Shown here in pieces: positions 44,815 through 64,000 of a stretch of DNA of 64,000 nt. The position numbers and the translations under genes are program-made. Below the pieces are notes generated by a model. That model made no database searches. It had not been told where the DNA came from and saw only the letters and a list, made by a program, of their open reading frames with translations. Origin of the DNA: Felis catus. Lineage: Eukaryota. Location of the stretch: assembly GCF_018350175.1 (NCBI RefSeq), contig NC_058370.1, positions 744,001 through 808,000 on the forward strand, written 5' to 3'. Within the stretch, counting starts at the first letter, position 1; every line of letters starts with the position of its first letter.

Positions 44815-46930
44815 AGTCTGGCAGTTGCTATAAGACTATAGTAATCAGGTCAGCATGGCCTCGGCAAAGACACGGACATAAATCACTGTGACAGAAGAGC
44901 GTCCGGAAACAGCCCTCCCACACACATGCCCGACGGTGTTTTGAGAAGATGTGAAAGCAATTCGACAGAGAAAGTATAATTTTTTCAATAGGCGGTACTG
45001 GGAGAACTGTACATCCTTATGCAAGAAAAGTAACACTTGACCTAAATCCCACACCTTCTATAAAAATTAACTCAAAAGTGGGTAATGTCTCCAGGTGGGG
45101 CACATAGAACTTCACGGCTTTGGAGGAAAGTATGGGAGAAAATCTTTGTGATCTGGGGTTAGCCAATGTCAAAACATGATCCATGTAAGAAAAATATTGA
45201 TGAATGGACTTTATCAAAATGGAAAATTTTGTGCTGTGGATACAAGTACAAAAAGAGAAGCCACCGGTGGGGAGGAAGTATTTGCAAATCAAGTATCTAA
45301 CAAAGATTTAAAAACATTTTTTTAACATTTATTTATTGCTGAGCGACAGAGCACGAGCTCTGGGGAGGGGCAGAGAGGGGGAGACACTGAATCCGAAGCA
45401 GACTCTGGGCTCTGGGCTGACAGCTCAGATCCTGTAACGGGGCTCGAACCCACACACCGTGAGATCGCGACCTGACCCGAAGTCGGACACTTAACCGACT
45501 GAGCCCCCCAGGCGCCCCTACTTTGGCAGTTTCTTAACAGGTTAAACACACACCTGTCACACGACCCAGCAGCCCCTACTCCTGGCATTTGCCCGAGAGA
45601 AACCCAGATGTGTTCACACAAAAACTTGCGTGCAAATGTTGATGCATTCATGACTGCCCGAACTGGAGACAACTCAAATGTGATTCAGGGGAGAGGCGGG
45701 TAGATAACCTGTGTTCTCGCTGTATATGGAATTTTATCCATCGATAAAAAGGAACAAAGGGTTGCGACACAGCGACCTGGATGAATCTCCAAGGTGTTAT
45801 GCTAAGGGAAAGAAACCAGCCCCAAAAGGGACATGGTGTAAGCTTCCGTTCACATGACGCTCCCAAGACGACGCCACAGTAATGGAGAACAGCTCAGCGG
45901 CCGCCGGGGCAAGAGGACCATCTAAGCATAAAGCGAGAGCGTGGAGGAGAGTTTTGGGGGATGGGACAGTCTGTGTCCTGAGCAACGTGGCTACAGTCAT
46001 CTGTGCGTGTGCTAACATTCATCCAACTGTGTATTCCCCCAAGAGTCCCTTTTCTGTGTGACAACTTAAAAAGATAAAAACAAAAAATAATTCAAAAAGC
46101 ACAGCCACCATAGTAGAAATGGATGCAGGTAAGAATCATCAATGAGTGTTGGGTTGAAAGAGGATTTCGATGAGGAACAGGGTATCTACAGAATCCAAGG
46201 TGCATCCTCATGGATTAGCTCATACTTACGAGGGGAAAATAAAACTTTGCTACAGGAAAAGCTAGCGGCCACCACCGTCACTGGGTCGTCGGGGGTGACG
46301 TCCCCGTCAGGAACTAACCCCGACGTGAGGCACCTCCCCTTCGGATGCGTTGAGGGGAATACGTGTTGCTCGGCGGGGATTCCCACCAGGAAAGTAAAAC
46401 TTGAACTCATTCGTGCAGAAGCATCAGAAGCTCCAGAAGATGGAACTCTTCAAAGCAACTGGCCTCAACTCTTAAAAAACGTCAGTGTCATAAAAGACAC
46501 AAACGGCAGAGGAACTATTTCCAGTTAGACGAGATCGGGACATGTGACTTGGGAAACCAGCGTTCGGTCCCAGACCGGGAAAAGCTGCCGGGGTGGCTGG
46601 CGCCATGGGAACAGGGCTCGTAGACCGAAGTGTTGTGTCAGTTGGAAGGACGCAGTCGAGTGCTGAGGGCAATGATTTACGCAGCCCCTTCGCAAGTGGC
46701 TTGAAAAAAGAACATGCGTAGACACACACACGGAGAGTTGCACAGATGCACACAGAGAGGATTGCATGGACACACACACAGAATTGCATGGACACACACA
46801 GAGAATGAGAACGCAGATGGGCAGGCATTGACAATAGGGTGCCGGCGAAGGGCGCCCGACGCTGGGGGCACCTACTCTTGCAACATTTCTCTAAGTTTGC
46901 AATGATTTCAGAATAAAAAAATGTACATGT
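44815..46930 (+). mobile_element. Old L1M ORF2-end and 3' UTR fragments (interrupted by a SINE at about 45315-45518)
   Basis: CTATAAGACTATAGTAATCA, AAAAATTAACTCAAAA, GACTTTATCAAAAT, GTATTTGCAAATC, GACCCAGCAGCCCCTACTCCTGG, ACCTGGATGAATCTC, ACTCTTGCAACATTTCTCTAAGTTTG..AATAAAA. Confidence 0.7.
45315..45518 (-). mobile_element. CanSINE
   Basis: TTTATTTATT...GAATCCGAAGCAGACTCTGGGCTC...ACTGAGCCCCCCAGGCGCCCC. Confidence 0.9.
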
Positions 46931-47233
46931 GTGGAATCTACTGCTTCCGGCCACGGTGAAATGGCAGGTGGCAGGCCAGCCCTGTGTCCACGAGGAAGCG
47001 TGGAGCTAGACCCCATTGCGGCAGCCGCCCCAGGCGGTGGGGGGCCCAGGGAGTAGGGCTGCGGGTGGAGGGAGGTGGGTTCAGCGGACCCACACTCGCA
47101 GGGTCATCCAAGTGGGTCAGGCTGAGGCTGGGGCGCAGGCCGGCTGAAGCGCGGGGAGCGGCTCGGGTCTGTGCCTTCTGGCCGGGGGAGCCTGGGGGGC
47201 TCACGGAGAGCAGACACCACGGTCTGTGTCCTA

Positions 47234-47715
47234 GTGTACTAGTTATCTATTGCTGCATAACAAATGATCACAGGTTAGTGGCTTTACAAAACATGCGTTT
47301 ATTGTGCACACCCAGCTCCCTGGGTCAGGGGTCCAGGCACGGCTTACTGGGTCCTCTGCTCAGGGCTTCAGAAGGGTGCCACCAAGCCGTCAGTTTCCTT
47401 ACGAAGCTCACGGTCCTCTTCTAAGGTCACATGGCTGCTTTCTTTGGCTGGACAGCTGGAGGCCACTCACAGCTCTCAGGGGTTCCTTGACCTGTGGCCC
47501 CTTACAGGCCTTCTCGCATCTTGGTAGTTCTCTTCTTCAAGGCCAGGAGGAGAATCCCTCGTTCCGGTCTGTCTGCCGAGACAGGGTCTTAAATAACGTA
47601 GGCCAAGTAAGGGAGTTATAGCTCACCCCCTCTGTCATGTTCTGTTGGCTGGATGCAAGCCACAGGCTCTTTCTGCCCTCAGGAGGAAGAAGTTACTCCC
47701 GGGCATGAATCCTGG
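47234..47715. mobile_element. MaLR/ERVL-type solo LTR (MLT-like)
   Basis: TGTACTAGTTATCTATTGCTGCATAACAAAT...GTGGCTTTACAAAACA..TTTATT...CCAGGCACGGCTTACTGGGTCCTCTGCTCAGGG. Confidence 0.65.
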
Positions 47716-47843
47716 GGAGGGGGGGTGAGTTGAGATCGGAGCCAGAATATCAGCAGACATCCCGTGCTGGGCACCACTGGTATCTGGACCTGGCTGGGGT
47801 GGAGAGACCTTCTGACTTATTTCTTTAAGAGATAAGACTACAT

Positions 47844-48062
47844 GGGGCGCCTGGGTGGCGCAGTCGGTTAAGCGTCCGACTTCAGCCAGGTCACGATCTC
47901 GCGGTCCGTGAGTTCGAGCCCCGCGTCAGGCTCTGGGCTGATGGCTCGGAGCCTGGAGCCTGTTTCCGATTCTGTGTCTCCCTCTCTCTCTGCCCCTCCC
48001 CCATTCATGCTCTGTCTCTCTCTGTCCCAAAAATAAAATAAAAAAACATTGAAAAAAAAAAA
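47844..48062 (+). mobile_element. Full-length young feliform SINEC_Fc-type element with perfect 16-bp TSD
   Basis: GGGGCGCCTGGGTGGCGCAGTCGGTTAAGCGTCCGACTTCAGCCAGGTCACGATCTC...; TSD AAGAGATAAGACTACA at 47827-47842 and 48063-48078. Confidence 0.95.
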
Positions 48063-48078
48063 AAGAGATAAGACTACA

Positions 48079-48193
48079 GGGGCACCAGGCTGGCTCAGTC
48101 AGAGGAGCACACAACTCTTGATCTCATGGTCATGAGTTTGGGCCCTGTGTTGGGGGGTAGAGATTACTTAAATAAATAAAATTAAAAAAAAAA
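48079..48193 (+). mobile_element. Short older CanSINE lacking the (CT)n region
   Basis: GGGGCACCAGGCTGGCTCAGTCAGAGGAGCA..ACTCTTGATCTC..GTAGAGATTACTTAAATAAATAAA. Confidence 0.8.
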
Positions 48194-48207
48194 AGAGAGA
48201 GAGAGAT

Positions 48208-48394
48208 GGGGTGCCTGGGTGGCTCAGTCAACTTTGGCTCAGGTCATGATCTCACGGTTTGTGGGTTCGAGCCCCGTGTCGGGCTCTGTGGTGAGAGCTC
48301 AGAGCCCGGAGCCTGCTTTGGATTCCGTGTCTCCCTCTCTCTCTGCCCCTCCCCCACTCACACTCTGTCTTTCTCCCTCCAAAATAAATAAACA

Positions 48395-48438
<44 letters not shown>
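48208..48438 (+). mobile_element. CanSINE with short internal head deletion, followed by (GA)n
   Basis: GGGGTGCCTGGGTGGCTCAGTC^AACTTTGGCTCAGGTCATGATCTC...AAAATAAATAAAC, then (GA)n. Confidence 0.88.
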
Positions 48439-48442
<4 letters not shown>

Positions 48443-51400
48443 TACCACCTACAGTAATGTCTACTCTAGGACCATCTAAGAAAAGTTAAAGCTGAGCCTC
48501 ATGAAAGGCTGGGGGACCAAGACTGAAAGTTGAATCTTATCCATCTGAGGGAAGTTATGTTGGGTGTTCCACAAATCAACACCAAAAAGCATGAAAACAA
48601 GCCCCTACAGGCCCAGCGATTGAATGGCCACTAAAATAAGAACCCACAGTCTCCAGAGGAAGATAACAGAATCCAGAGTCTTTACAGAACATTCAGCATT
48701 CAGCCAAAAATTACTAGACGTGCAAAGAAATAGGAGCATTTCCTCATACCTGCAAGGAAAAAAGCCAGCGATCAATTAATTTTCTCTCAGCGGTGAATTT
48801 ATCCTTCAGTGCCTGCCCTATGGAATGATCTGCTCACCGTAAAGCAGAAATGCTTCGAGTAAGTCTGTCCGTCATCACAGAGCAGGTTTTGAAGTGGGAG
48901 TTTAGAGCCAAGAGGCGCTGGACAGATGACGGCGCACACCTGTGGCTCCGAACCCCATCCCCGTGGCGTCCTCGCACAAGTTCACACACAGCGGCACACG
49001 GCAACCTTATCGTGGAGCGACACTGAATGCGGAACCCCGTACGGCAGTGAGAAGAAACAACTACCGTGTAGACCGTGTATGTGAAGTCTGAGAGTAGACA
49101 ACATGATGCACGGTCTAAGAAGTCAGGACAGTGGTCACCTCTGAGAGCACGAGGGAGTGTTGTGTTTCTTGATCTGGGTGGCCAGGTACCTTTGTCATTT
49201 GTGCACTTTTCTCTAAGCATTTCCAAGGACAGTCCCCGCACCCCCCCCCCCCAACCTTTTCTCTAGCCAAGGACCAGCTTCCTCAGTCTTGCCAGTAGGG
49301 AGGGGGTCTCCCCTGGGGCAGGGCAGGCTCTGGACCTCTACCATTGATGGAGGCTGCCAACAGCCTCCTGCACCAGTCACCCTAAGACACCCACGAGGCC
49401 TCCTGCTCTGGAGGCAGGTTATTCCCAATTGCCCTGCCGAGGGTTTGCTCTACCTACGAGGTGAAAACATGGCCCCAGAGTTGCTAAGGAGCCTCAGGAT
49501 CCCCAGGGTTGTCTGCCTGGAGACACTCCTCCTTGAACTGAGCACTGAGGCCTCTCCCTGCAGCACCTGAGGAGTGGGCAGTGGGTCCGTAGACCCTCCC
49601 CAGGGGCTCCCTCCGTCTCTGGGCCCCACCATAGGGGCTGCCCCTTCTTGGCCAGAGAGGCTGACCCATCCCCTGGGCTCTCCAGTGGCCCCCCAGCCTG
49701 CCATGGACCATATGGGGGGGGCTGGGCCCCCCCCCTCCTGGTGCTAGGCTGGAGCCCTGGACTCTGGGGGGGCTCAGAGGGCAAAGCTCGCCAGACTCCT
49801 TCCCCGGTGGTGGCGCTGGGCTTGGGCAGGGCAGGGGTGGAGCTCTGGTGGCGGCAGGAAGCTGCCCTCCCAAGCACTGGTGACACTAACCCGGGCTCTG
49901 GGTGGAGCTCTGCTCCTTCGCCATGGCAACAGCGCCCCGCTGTGTTGCTGGGGGATCGGCGGCCCCAAGTGCTGGTGGCTGGTAGGGCAGGCCCGGCTGA
50001 CCGTCCCTTCCCTGAGGGGCTGCGTCCCCCTCTTCGGGGCCTCCCACCCTCCAGGCACGCTGGGTTTCTTAAGGTGGGCCGTTTGGGGGCCTAGATTGTC
50101 TAGTAAGTCACGCCCTGCACCCCGTTCCACTCGGCCCAGGGACCGAGCCCAGGGCTGGACGTTCGGTGGGGCCCCTGCCTAGCCTTGGGGTCTAGTTGGG
50201 GCGCAAGCAGCCGGCCCGCCACCCCCCCTCCAGCCCCGCCCCGGCCCTGCCACCAGGCCGCGGCCCCCAGGCCCCGCCCGCCGCCCCCTCTGGCCCCTAC
50301 TTCTCTGATTTGGGGCCACGATCTCGCTTTTCCGAGGGGAGTTCAGCAGCCGACAGTTCCTCCTCCATGGACACCACCTAATGTGCGGACTCATGGGCAG
50401 CTCAGTTCCCTGGTTGTCCAGCCTGGGGAGCTGGGGGAGGGAGGACCTTGACCCCAAGGCCGTCCAGGGTCCTGCTGCCCAGGTAGGCTGGGAGATGAGA
50501 TGTGACTGACCCCGCACGTGAGGGTGAACACCGGAAGTCCTGGGGACAGACAGGAGCCTGTGGCCCAAGGCCAGGAGTTGAGGTCATTCTGAGATACCCC
50601 AAGGCTGGAGGGTGTGCTCAGCCCTGACCCCCATCCTGCCTCCAAGTCACTGCCCGGGCAGCAGCTCCCAGGGTGACCACTGGCCTTGGCCCCGCAGGAA
50701 GGCACATGCCCAGCTGGTCAGTTATGCATTCGCAGGTTATTATTAACCCAGCAGTGACATCACCAGCAGCCAATAGGAGGAGGGTTTATTTCCAGGCTGA
50801 CAGCTTGATAACGGTTAATTTTAGCTGGGTCTTCTTTCCACGGGCTCATGAAACCTCAGCCCGTCAAAGTGGGGGCTGCCTGTGTCTCCCCAAACAGCTC
50901 CCCGCTGGGGGTAGCTGGGGGCCACCGGAGGGGACAGAAGGTGTGCCGTGAGGCGGTGGTCCCTTCTTTGCTCCCCCTCCCCTGCCCTAACCACCCCCTT
51001 GGCTGCTCTGGGGGTCGTTGTGACTAGAGGCTCGGATTTGGGAGGGGGGGGGTGGGGGGAGTTGGAGGGGGAGGCGTGGCAAGCCTGACCTGGGAGGAGG
51101 GGAGGAGCGCAGGCGGGAACCGGTTGGCCTCTGCCCAGGAGTGACACTGCCGGACTCAGGCCTTCCAAGCTGCCGGCAGGTTCCGCTCTCCTTGCTGTGT
51201 GACCTTGGGCACTGTGGCTTGTCTGTCTGTGCCCAGCTGACTCTTGGTCAGTGGGTGCCCCGCCGCCTGGTAGGCCCACCCAGCACTTGATGAACTCACA
51301 AGGCCTGGAGACGGGTTATTTAGTATTTGGTGTTTGGTTCTGTTCAGTGACCTGTAGTTATTAAATGCTGTGCGATGGTGAGGAGGTGTTAGTTAGTTTG

Positions 51401-53249
51401 GGGACTCTGCAGTCAACGGGCTTGTTCAGCACTGTCGGTGTCTTATTATGCAGTCTCACCGTCCAAGAGAGCTTGAGTGTCGCCACCTCACCCAGCCTCC
51501 CAGGGCCCTGCAGGCTGCCCCGCTGCAGGTGCACGGGGCGCATCCTGGGGACACAGAGGCACCTTGGAGAAACCACCCGAGACCCCTCGGGGTCAGCGTG
51601 TAGGTCCTTCAGGGAGGATGCTGCATCCCACCGGCAGCGGCTGCTCCCCTGAGCAGCACCTCCCGGCACCGGCCTGCCCCCGGCAGGGGTGTCACAACGT
51701 GATTCGGTCCCCACCAGGCTGACGGCCGTGGGTAAGCCCAGAGTAGGTGCGCAGTCCAGACCTGTTGACGGGGAGCGGTCTGCAGGCAGCCCGGGGTCCT
51801 GGGCGCTGGTGGTCCCTCTGGGGAAATGGGGGTGGGCATCTCCAGGGACCTGGGCCTCCCTCAGCCTTGGTTTGGCCCACCCCAGCTTCAGCCAATCCCG
51901 ATGTCTCCCAGACCCCTGCTAACCTTCAGGCGGGAGGGACGCATTAAATATAGAGGGCAGCTGGGCAGGGGGTGGGGTGGGTCTCCGTTTCTTGCCAGGA
52001 GTTTATTTTTAATTCCTGGCTCCTGCGTGATAGTATCAGCAGCACTTAGAGGTGCCCGGAGTCATCTGTGAGCCCCTCCCTGCCTGAAAGGGCCAGGAGT
52101 CCGTCTGTCTGTGGGTGCAGACCTTGGTCCTGTGGGGCAGGTCCCCTGTCCTCACAGCCCAATGGGGCAGCCTGTCCCTCCCTCAGAGACCTCTCCCTGA
52201 GCAGGGGAGACCTGCTTGCCCCCCCCACCCCCACTGTGCTGGGCCCCTTTCCCCCCTGACCTCTGAGGGTCCCATCTCTGAGGGCTCTCTCAGCCACTGC
52301 CCCCGTGCAAGGAGCTGGCACTAGGCCTCTGCTCTCACCCACTCAACACACATTTCTAAAGACCCTGCAGTCACTAGGAAGAGTAAGACAGGAGCGGTGG
52401 CCGGACCATGGCAGATGAGGCCACGGGGAGAGGTGCCAACGGCGGAGAGGCCTGTAGACTTGGTTTTCACACAACACAGCGCTTCCCCGTCCCTCCCCTG
52501 AAAACCCATTTTGGCCATTGCCCTGGTCTGCCCAGGACCCTCAGAGGTCCCCCATCTGTGGCCTGGGACTCTGCTTCCCTGGGGGCTCCTGCCCGTCGTG
52601 CACACCAGGGCAGCCCAGGAGGCACCAGTGGGCTCTGGGAACAGACCTGGGTGCTCCCTGCATGGAGAGAGGCCCAGGGTGAAAACAGTCCTTTCCAGAA
52701 GCCTCGGAGGGACGGTGGTGGAGGTGGATCGCCTCAGGCCTCAGGTCACTCTGGCCAACTGAGGGGACCCCGGACACACCATTTTCAGTCTGTCCCATGG
52801 GGCCGGACTGGGGGCACGCCAGGGTGAGGCCACGTGGCAGGCACCCAGGCACAGGGGCCTGGAAGCAAGCAGATTCCAGGGTCTCGGGGAAAGGACCCAT
52901 TCCGCAGAGGCCACACTGAGGAGGCAGAACAGAGGCCTGTTAGGGCACCAGCCACGTGGAGGGCCAGGCCGGGGCTCAGTCCCTGACCTCAGTCCCCTGA
53001 CCTCAGTCCCTGCCCCCTCCTGGCCGAGGCCTTACCTGCTGTTACCCTGACCCCACCTGTGTTTTCCGGTACCTGGGGCTGACCCCTGGCCGGAGACCTC
53101 CCTCGGCATCTGCAGTGCCCTCTCGCTCTCTCCAGGAGCGCCTGAGCCTGGCCACTCCGGCTCTGCTTCATCTGCCCTCCATCTCTGGCTGTTCCTCTCC
53201 CGTCGCCTCCCTCCTCTCCGTCTCCCTCCCCCTGCCCCCCTCTCTTCTC

Positions 53250-53548
53250 TCCGCGCCTCCCTGCCTGCACTCCCTCCGGGTGCGTCCGCGCCTTTGTCGC
53301 TCGCTCCCTCGCCGCATCTTTCTGTCGCGTCCCTGCCGCGCCCGCGCGCGTCCGCCGTCCCCGCATCCCCGCATCCCTCGCGTCCCCGCCCCGGCCCCGC
53401 CCGCCCCCCTCCCCCGCCGGTACCGCATTGCCGTACTGCAGGGGCGCGGTGCACTGCGCCCGCTCCGTCAATAGGTGGACCCCCTCCCGGAGAGATAAAA
53501 CCGCCGCGCCGGCGCCGCTAGTCCCTCTGGCTGAGATCTCGGCTCTGG
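53250..53548 (+). promoter_or_regulatory. EEF1A2: EEF1A2 CpG-island promoter and short non-coding exon 1
   Basis: GC boxes and TATA-like GATAAAA (53494-53500). Exon about 53521-53548, CCCTCTGGCTGAGATCTCGGCTCTGG|GTAAG donor. The exon 2 acceptor CCCCACAG|AATC puts the exon start at 54871. Confidence 0.8.
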
Positions 53549-54900
53549 GTAAGGACGCTCGGCCTCCGGGTCTCCGGCTCCATCCCCAGCTTTCCGCAGA
53601 GGGCCCTCTCTCGGGGGACCGGACCTGGAGGCAGAGAGGGGCCAGGGAGGCGCCTGGCCAGGCTGCGCTGCTCGCCCCGGGCTTCGGCCAGCCATCCCAC
53701 GCGCCCGGACCGGCACCAGGGTTCGGTCCCTGCGGGCGACAGGGGCTGGGGTGGGGGCACCGCGGTGGCGCTTGTTTATGCGGTGGTGGTGGCGGGGGAG
53801 CGGTCTTCTGGGCGGCGGCGATGGCCCTGCTGCCGTGACCTTGGAACCGGCTGGGGCCCTGCGGGGTTGGGGCAGGGTCGTCCTTGCTGGGGGCTGCTGG
53901 AGATGCCCGCGGAGGGGGAGGCAGTGAGAGCCCGGAGGCACTCGCCACCCTGCCCCCACTGGGTGGGCCTAGGGGTGTCCGCTTGGTGTCTGCACCCTAG
54001 GGTGCACTCTTTCCCTCCCCCAGGCACCTGTCCCCTCCCGGGCTGCCCAGATTTCTTCACTGACCTCCAGGATGGGGCAGGGGCTGTGACCTGGGTTCTG
54101 ACCAGAGGGAGAGGGGGAGGGGGTGCCCCCCTGCCCCCACCAGGCTGCAGGCATCGCTGTCTGGCTCTTGCTGAGCTTGGCTGCGGGGCCAGATTCTTCT
54201 CTCCTCTTTCAGAGCCGGCACCCCACTCCCTTGCCCTACTGTCTGCCCCCTGCCCGGGTCCGGGGAGGGCCCAAGCTATTCTAGGCCCCCTGTCTGGGCA
54301 CCACCGCCTTGTCGGAGCTCTGGCCCGGCCTGTCTCCCCTGGTGCCAGCCTGCCTGGCAGGGATGAGGGGAAGATGGCTCCCTCTCTGCTGGAGGAGAGG
54401 AGTGGGGAGCACTGACCGCCTCTCCACCAGGCGACAGCTATGCTGGTGGGGGTGGGGCACAGCAGTGGGCCTGGGACTCCCGGTAGGGGAGAAGCATCGG
54501 GGACAGAGCCCCGGAGAGCAGGGCAGGGTGACTCATCACCGGGCTCCTGGCTGGTCATGGGGCTCGCCCAGCTTGGCGCTCCTCCCCCGCCTTCAGGGGG
54601 GGTTAGCCTCCTTCATGGGGGTGCCCTGTGGGCACAGCACCCCGATATTTACTGCAGATTGGACTGCTGGGGCTTGCCACTTGACCCGAAAGGGCCAGGC
54701 CCAGGCTGGGGGGTGGTCTTCCCTCCCTACTAAATGTGGGAATGCGGCCCCTGCCTCGGGGCCAGGTGTGTGGGCAGGGGTGGGGGTGTGCTGGCAACCT
54801 GTGCAGGGCAGTGTCTCTGCTGGCCTCCGTCTGAGGCTCTCTGTGGCCTGTCCCCCACCCCACCCCACAGAATCACTGCCCGACAGCCCCCTCATCCTGA

Positions 54901-62427
<7,527 letters not shown>

Positions 62428-62686
62428 AGCACGGGCGCCCGCGGCGCGACCCTCCCCGGCGGCGCCGCGTACCGGCCCCGCCCCCGGCCCCGCCCCCGGC
62501 CCCGCCCCCGGCCCGGCGCCCCGCCCCCCCGCCAGGCGCATGTCTGCACCTCCGCTTGTAAGAGGCTCTCGGTCAGCGACTGGATGCTCGCCATCAAGGT
62601 CCAGTGGAAGTTCTTTAAGAGGAAAAGCGCCCCCGCCGCCCCCGCTTCCGCGCCCAGACTTCGCCGCGCTCAGTGCCCGTTTTACC

Positions 62687-62692
62687 AATAAA
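62687..62692 (+). terminator. EEF1A2 polyadenylation signal AATAAA
   Basis: TTTTACCAATAAACTGAGCG, 260 nt after the stop, with GU-rich sequence downstream. Confidence 0.9.
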
Positions 62693-63439
62693 CTGAGCGA
62701 CCCCAGAGCCGTGTGCGCCTGCTTCTGGGTGAGGTGGGGTGGGGTGGGCGGGGGCCGCCCTGCGCTCTCCCCTAGCCCCTTCCTTCCGGCCCGGATGGCC
62801 TCCCGCGTTTACCCAGGGTGGGTGGTGGGGCGGGGGTCCCCACACACGCTGTGGCCCAGTACTGGAGGCCCGATCCGAAGTGCAGCTGGTCTGGCTGGCT
62901 ACGGAGGGGGCGAGTTTTGGAATGCCCTCCTGGGGGCATCCAGCACAATCAGTCACTTCGGATCCACAGAAGGGGGCTGTTTTGAGGGTCTCTCTGAGAG
63001 CTGAGGGCTCCTCCCCCACCAGTGATTGTCAGGCACACTGGCCCCCGCGTCTCACTCCCCTCCCCAGCCAGTCGCCTGTGGCTGGAGGAGCACCACCACC
63101 TACATCCCGCTCCCGGCTCCTCAGCTGAGCCCTCCCCTCGCCCAGGAGCTCCAGCCGCGCAAAACCCTAGAGAAAGCCCTGACTTTGGTCATCGAGGTTG
63201 CGGGTGGGGGGGGGAGGTGGCAGGGTGGGGGGGGGGAGGTGGCAGGCCCACCCCTGCCCCGCCATCCCTGCTCCAGGAAAGCAGTCCCAGCCTGTGCCCG
63301 GTGTTGGTGTTGCAGAAGGAGCTCGGGGTGGGGGTGGGGACGGGCAGCTGGGTCACCCAGGCTCACAGTGCAGACGCCGTTGCCTGTGGTGGGAAATGGG
63401 CTGGGGGCTTCCCCTCCAGGGTGGGCAGCAGGCCAACCA

Positions 63440-63885
63440 CGTGAGTCTCCTAGGGTCACTGCAACAAATCACCTCAAACCGGTGGCTTAAAATGACAGAG
63501 GTGTCCTCTCTTACCGGCCAAAGTCACCACCAGTGGGACAAAATTCAGGCCTTGGCAGGGCTGTGTTCGCCCCAGAGGCTCTAAGGGAGGGTCTGTTCCT
63601 CACCTCTCGCAGCTTCCGGTGGCTCCAAAAGTGGCTTGGCTTGTGGCTGCGTCCCTCCAATGTCTGCCCCATGGTCACGTGGCATCCCTTCTGTGTGTCA
63701 GATCTCTCTCCGTCTCCTCTTATAAGGGTGCATGTAGTTGGCTTTCATGATGGTCCGGGCTAGTCTCCTCATCTTGAGGTCCAGCATTTAGTCACTTCCG
63801 CAGGACCCTTTCTGGCCACACAGGCCCCATCAAGGTTCCAGGGATTGGGAAACCTGCGGGGGCACAGGCAGGCCACCACACTGGG
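63440..63885. mobile_element. MLT1-type MaLR solo LTR
   Basis: CTAGGGTCACTGCAACAAATCACCTCAAACCGGTGGCTTAAAA...GAGGCTCTAAGGGAGG...CTTGGCTTGTGGC...CTCTTATAAGG...CAGGGATTGGGA. Confidence 0.7.
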
Positions 63886-64000
63886 TGAGGCTGCCAGCCA
63901 GGAGAGATGGGCCGCGGAGGGGCCGCTGTGTGTCCCCACCTGTCCCAAAGTGAGCATGGGTCTCAGGAAGGCGCATGAACAGCGCGTGATGAGAAGGAAG

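Noticed and set aside
47844-47930. tRNA-like A and B boxes
   Set aside because: They are the tRNA-derived head of a CanSINE, not a tRNA gene.
52975-53010. Direct repeat with two TGACCT nuclear-receptor half-sites upstream of EEF1A2
   Set aside because: The 8-nt spacing is non-standard, and it looks like a small slippage duplication.

Overview
This is eukaryotic, GC-rich, intron-containing genomic DNA from a feliform carnivore, most likely a felid, judged from full-length SINEC_Fc-type CanSINEs. It is orthologous to the human 20q13.33 block. Gene order is the 3' half of HELZ2 (+), FNDC11 (-), SRMS (+), PTK6/BRK (+), PPDPF (-), about 17 kb of L1/SINE/MaLR-rich intergenic DNA, then EEF1A2 (+). 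I assembled all six genes from GT-AG exons with consistent phases and found no disablements. There are two N gaps (4577-4904 and 56798-56929, the second inside EEF1A2 coding exon 2). I do not see a novel multi-gene system. The best leads are smaller: (i) SRMS and PTK6 both carry a Src-like P-loop cysteine where I recall Tyr in human; (ii) the identical intron phases of the tandem kinases would allow in-frame SRMS-PTK6 chimeras; (iii) eEF1A2 has Ala at the isoform-specific Ser393; (iv) a perfect 20-bp hairpin lies in SRMS intron 1; (v) MEF2 sites cluster around EEF1A2; (vi) one SINE has an apparent short 3' transduction. Comparisons with human proteins are from memory and need checking by alignment.
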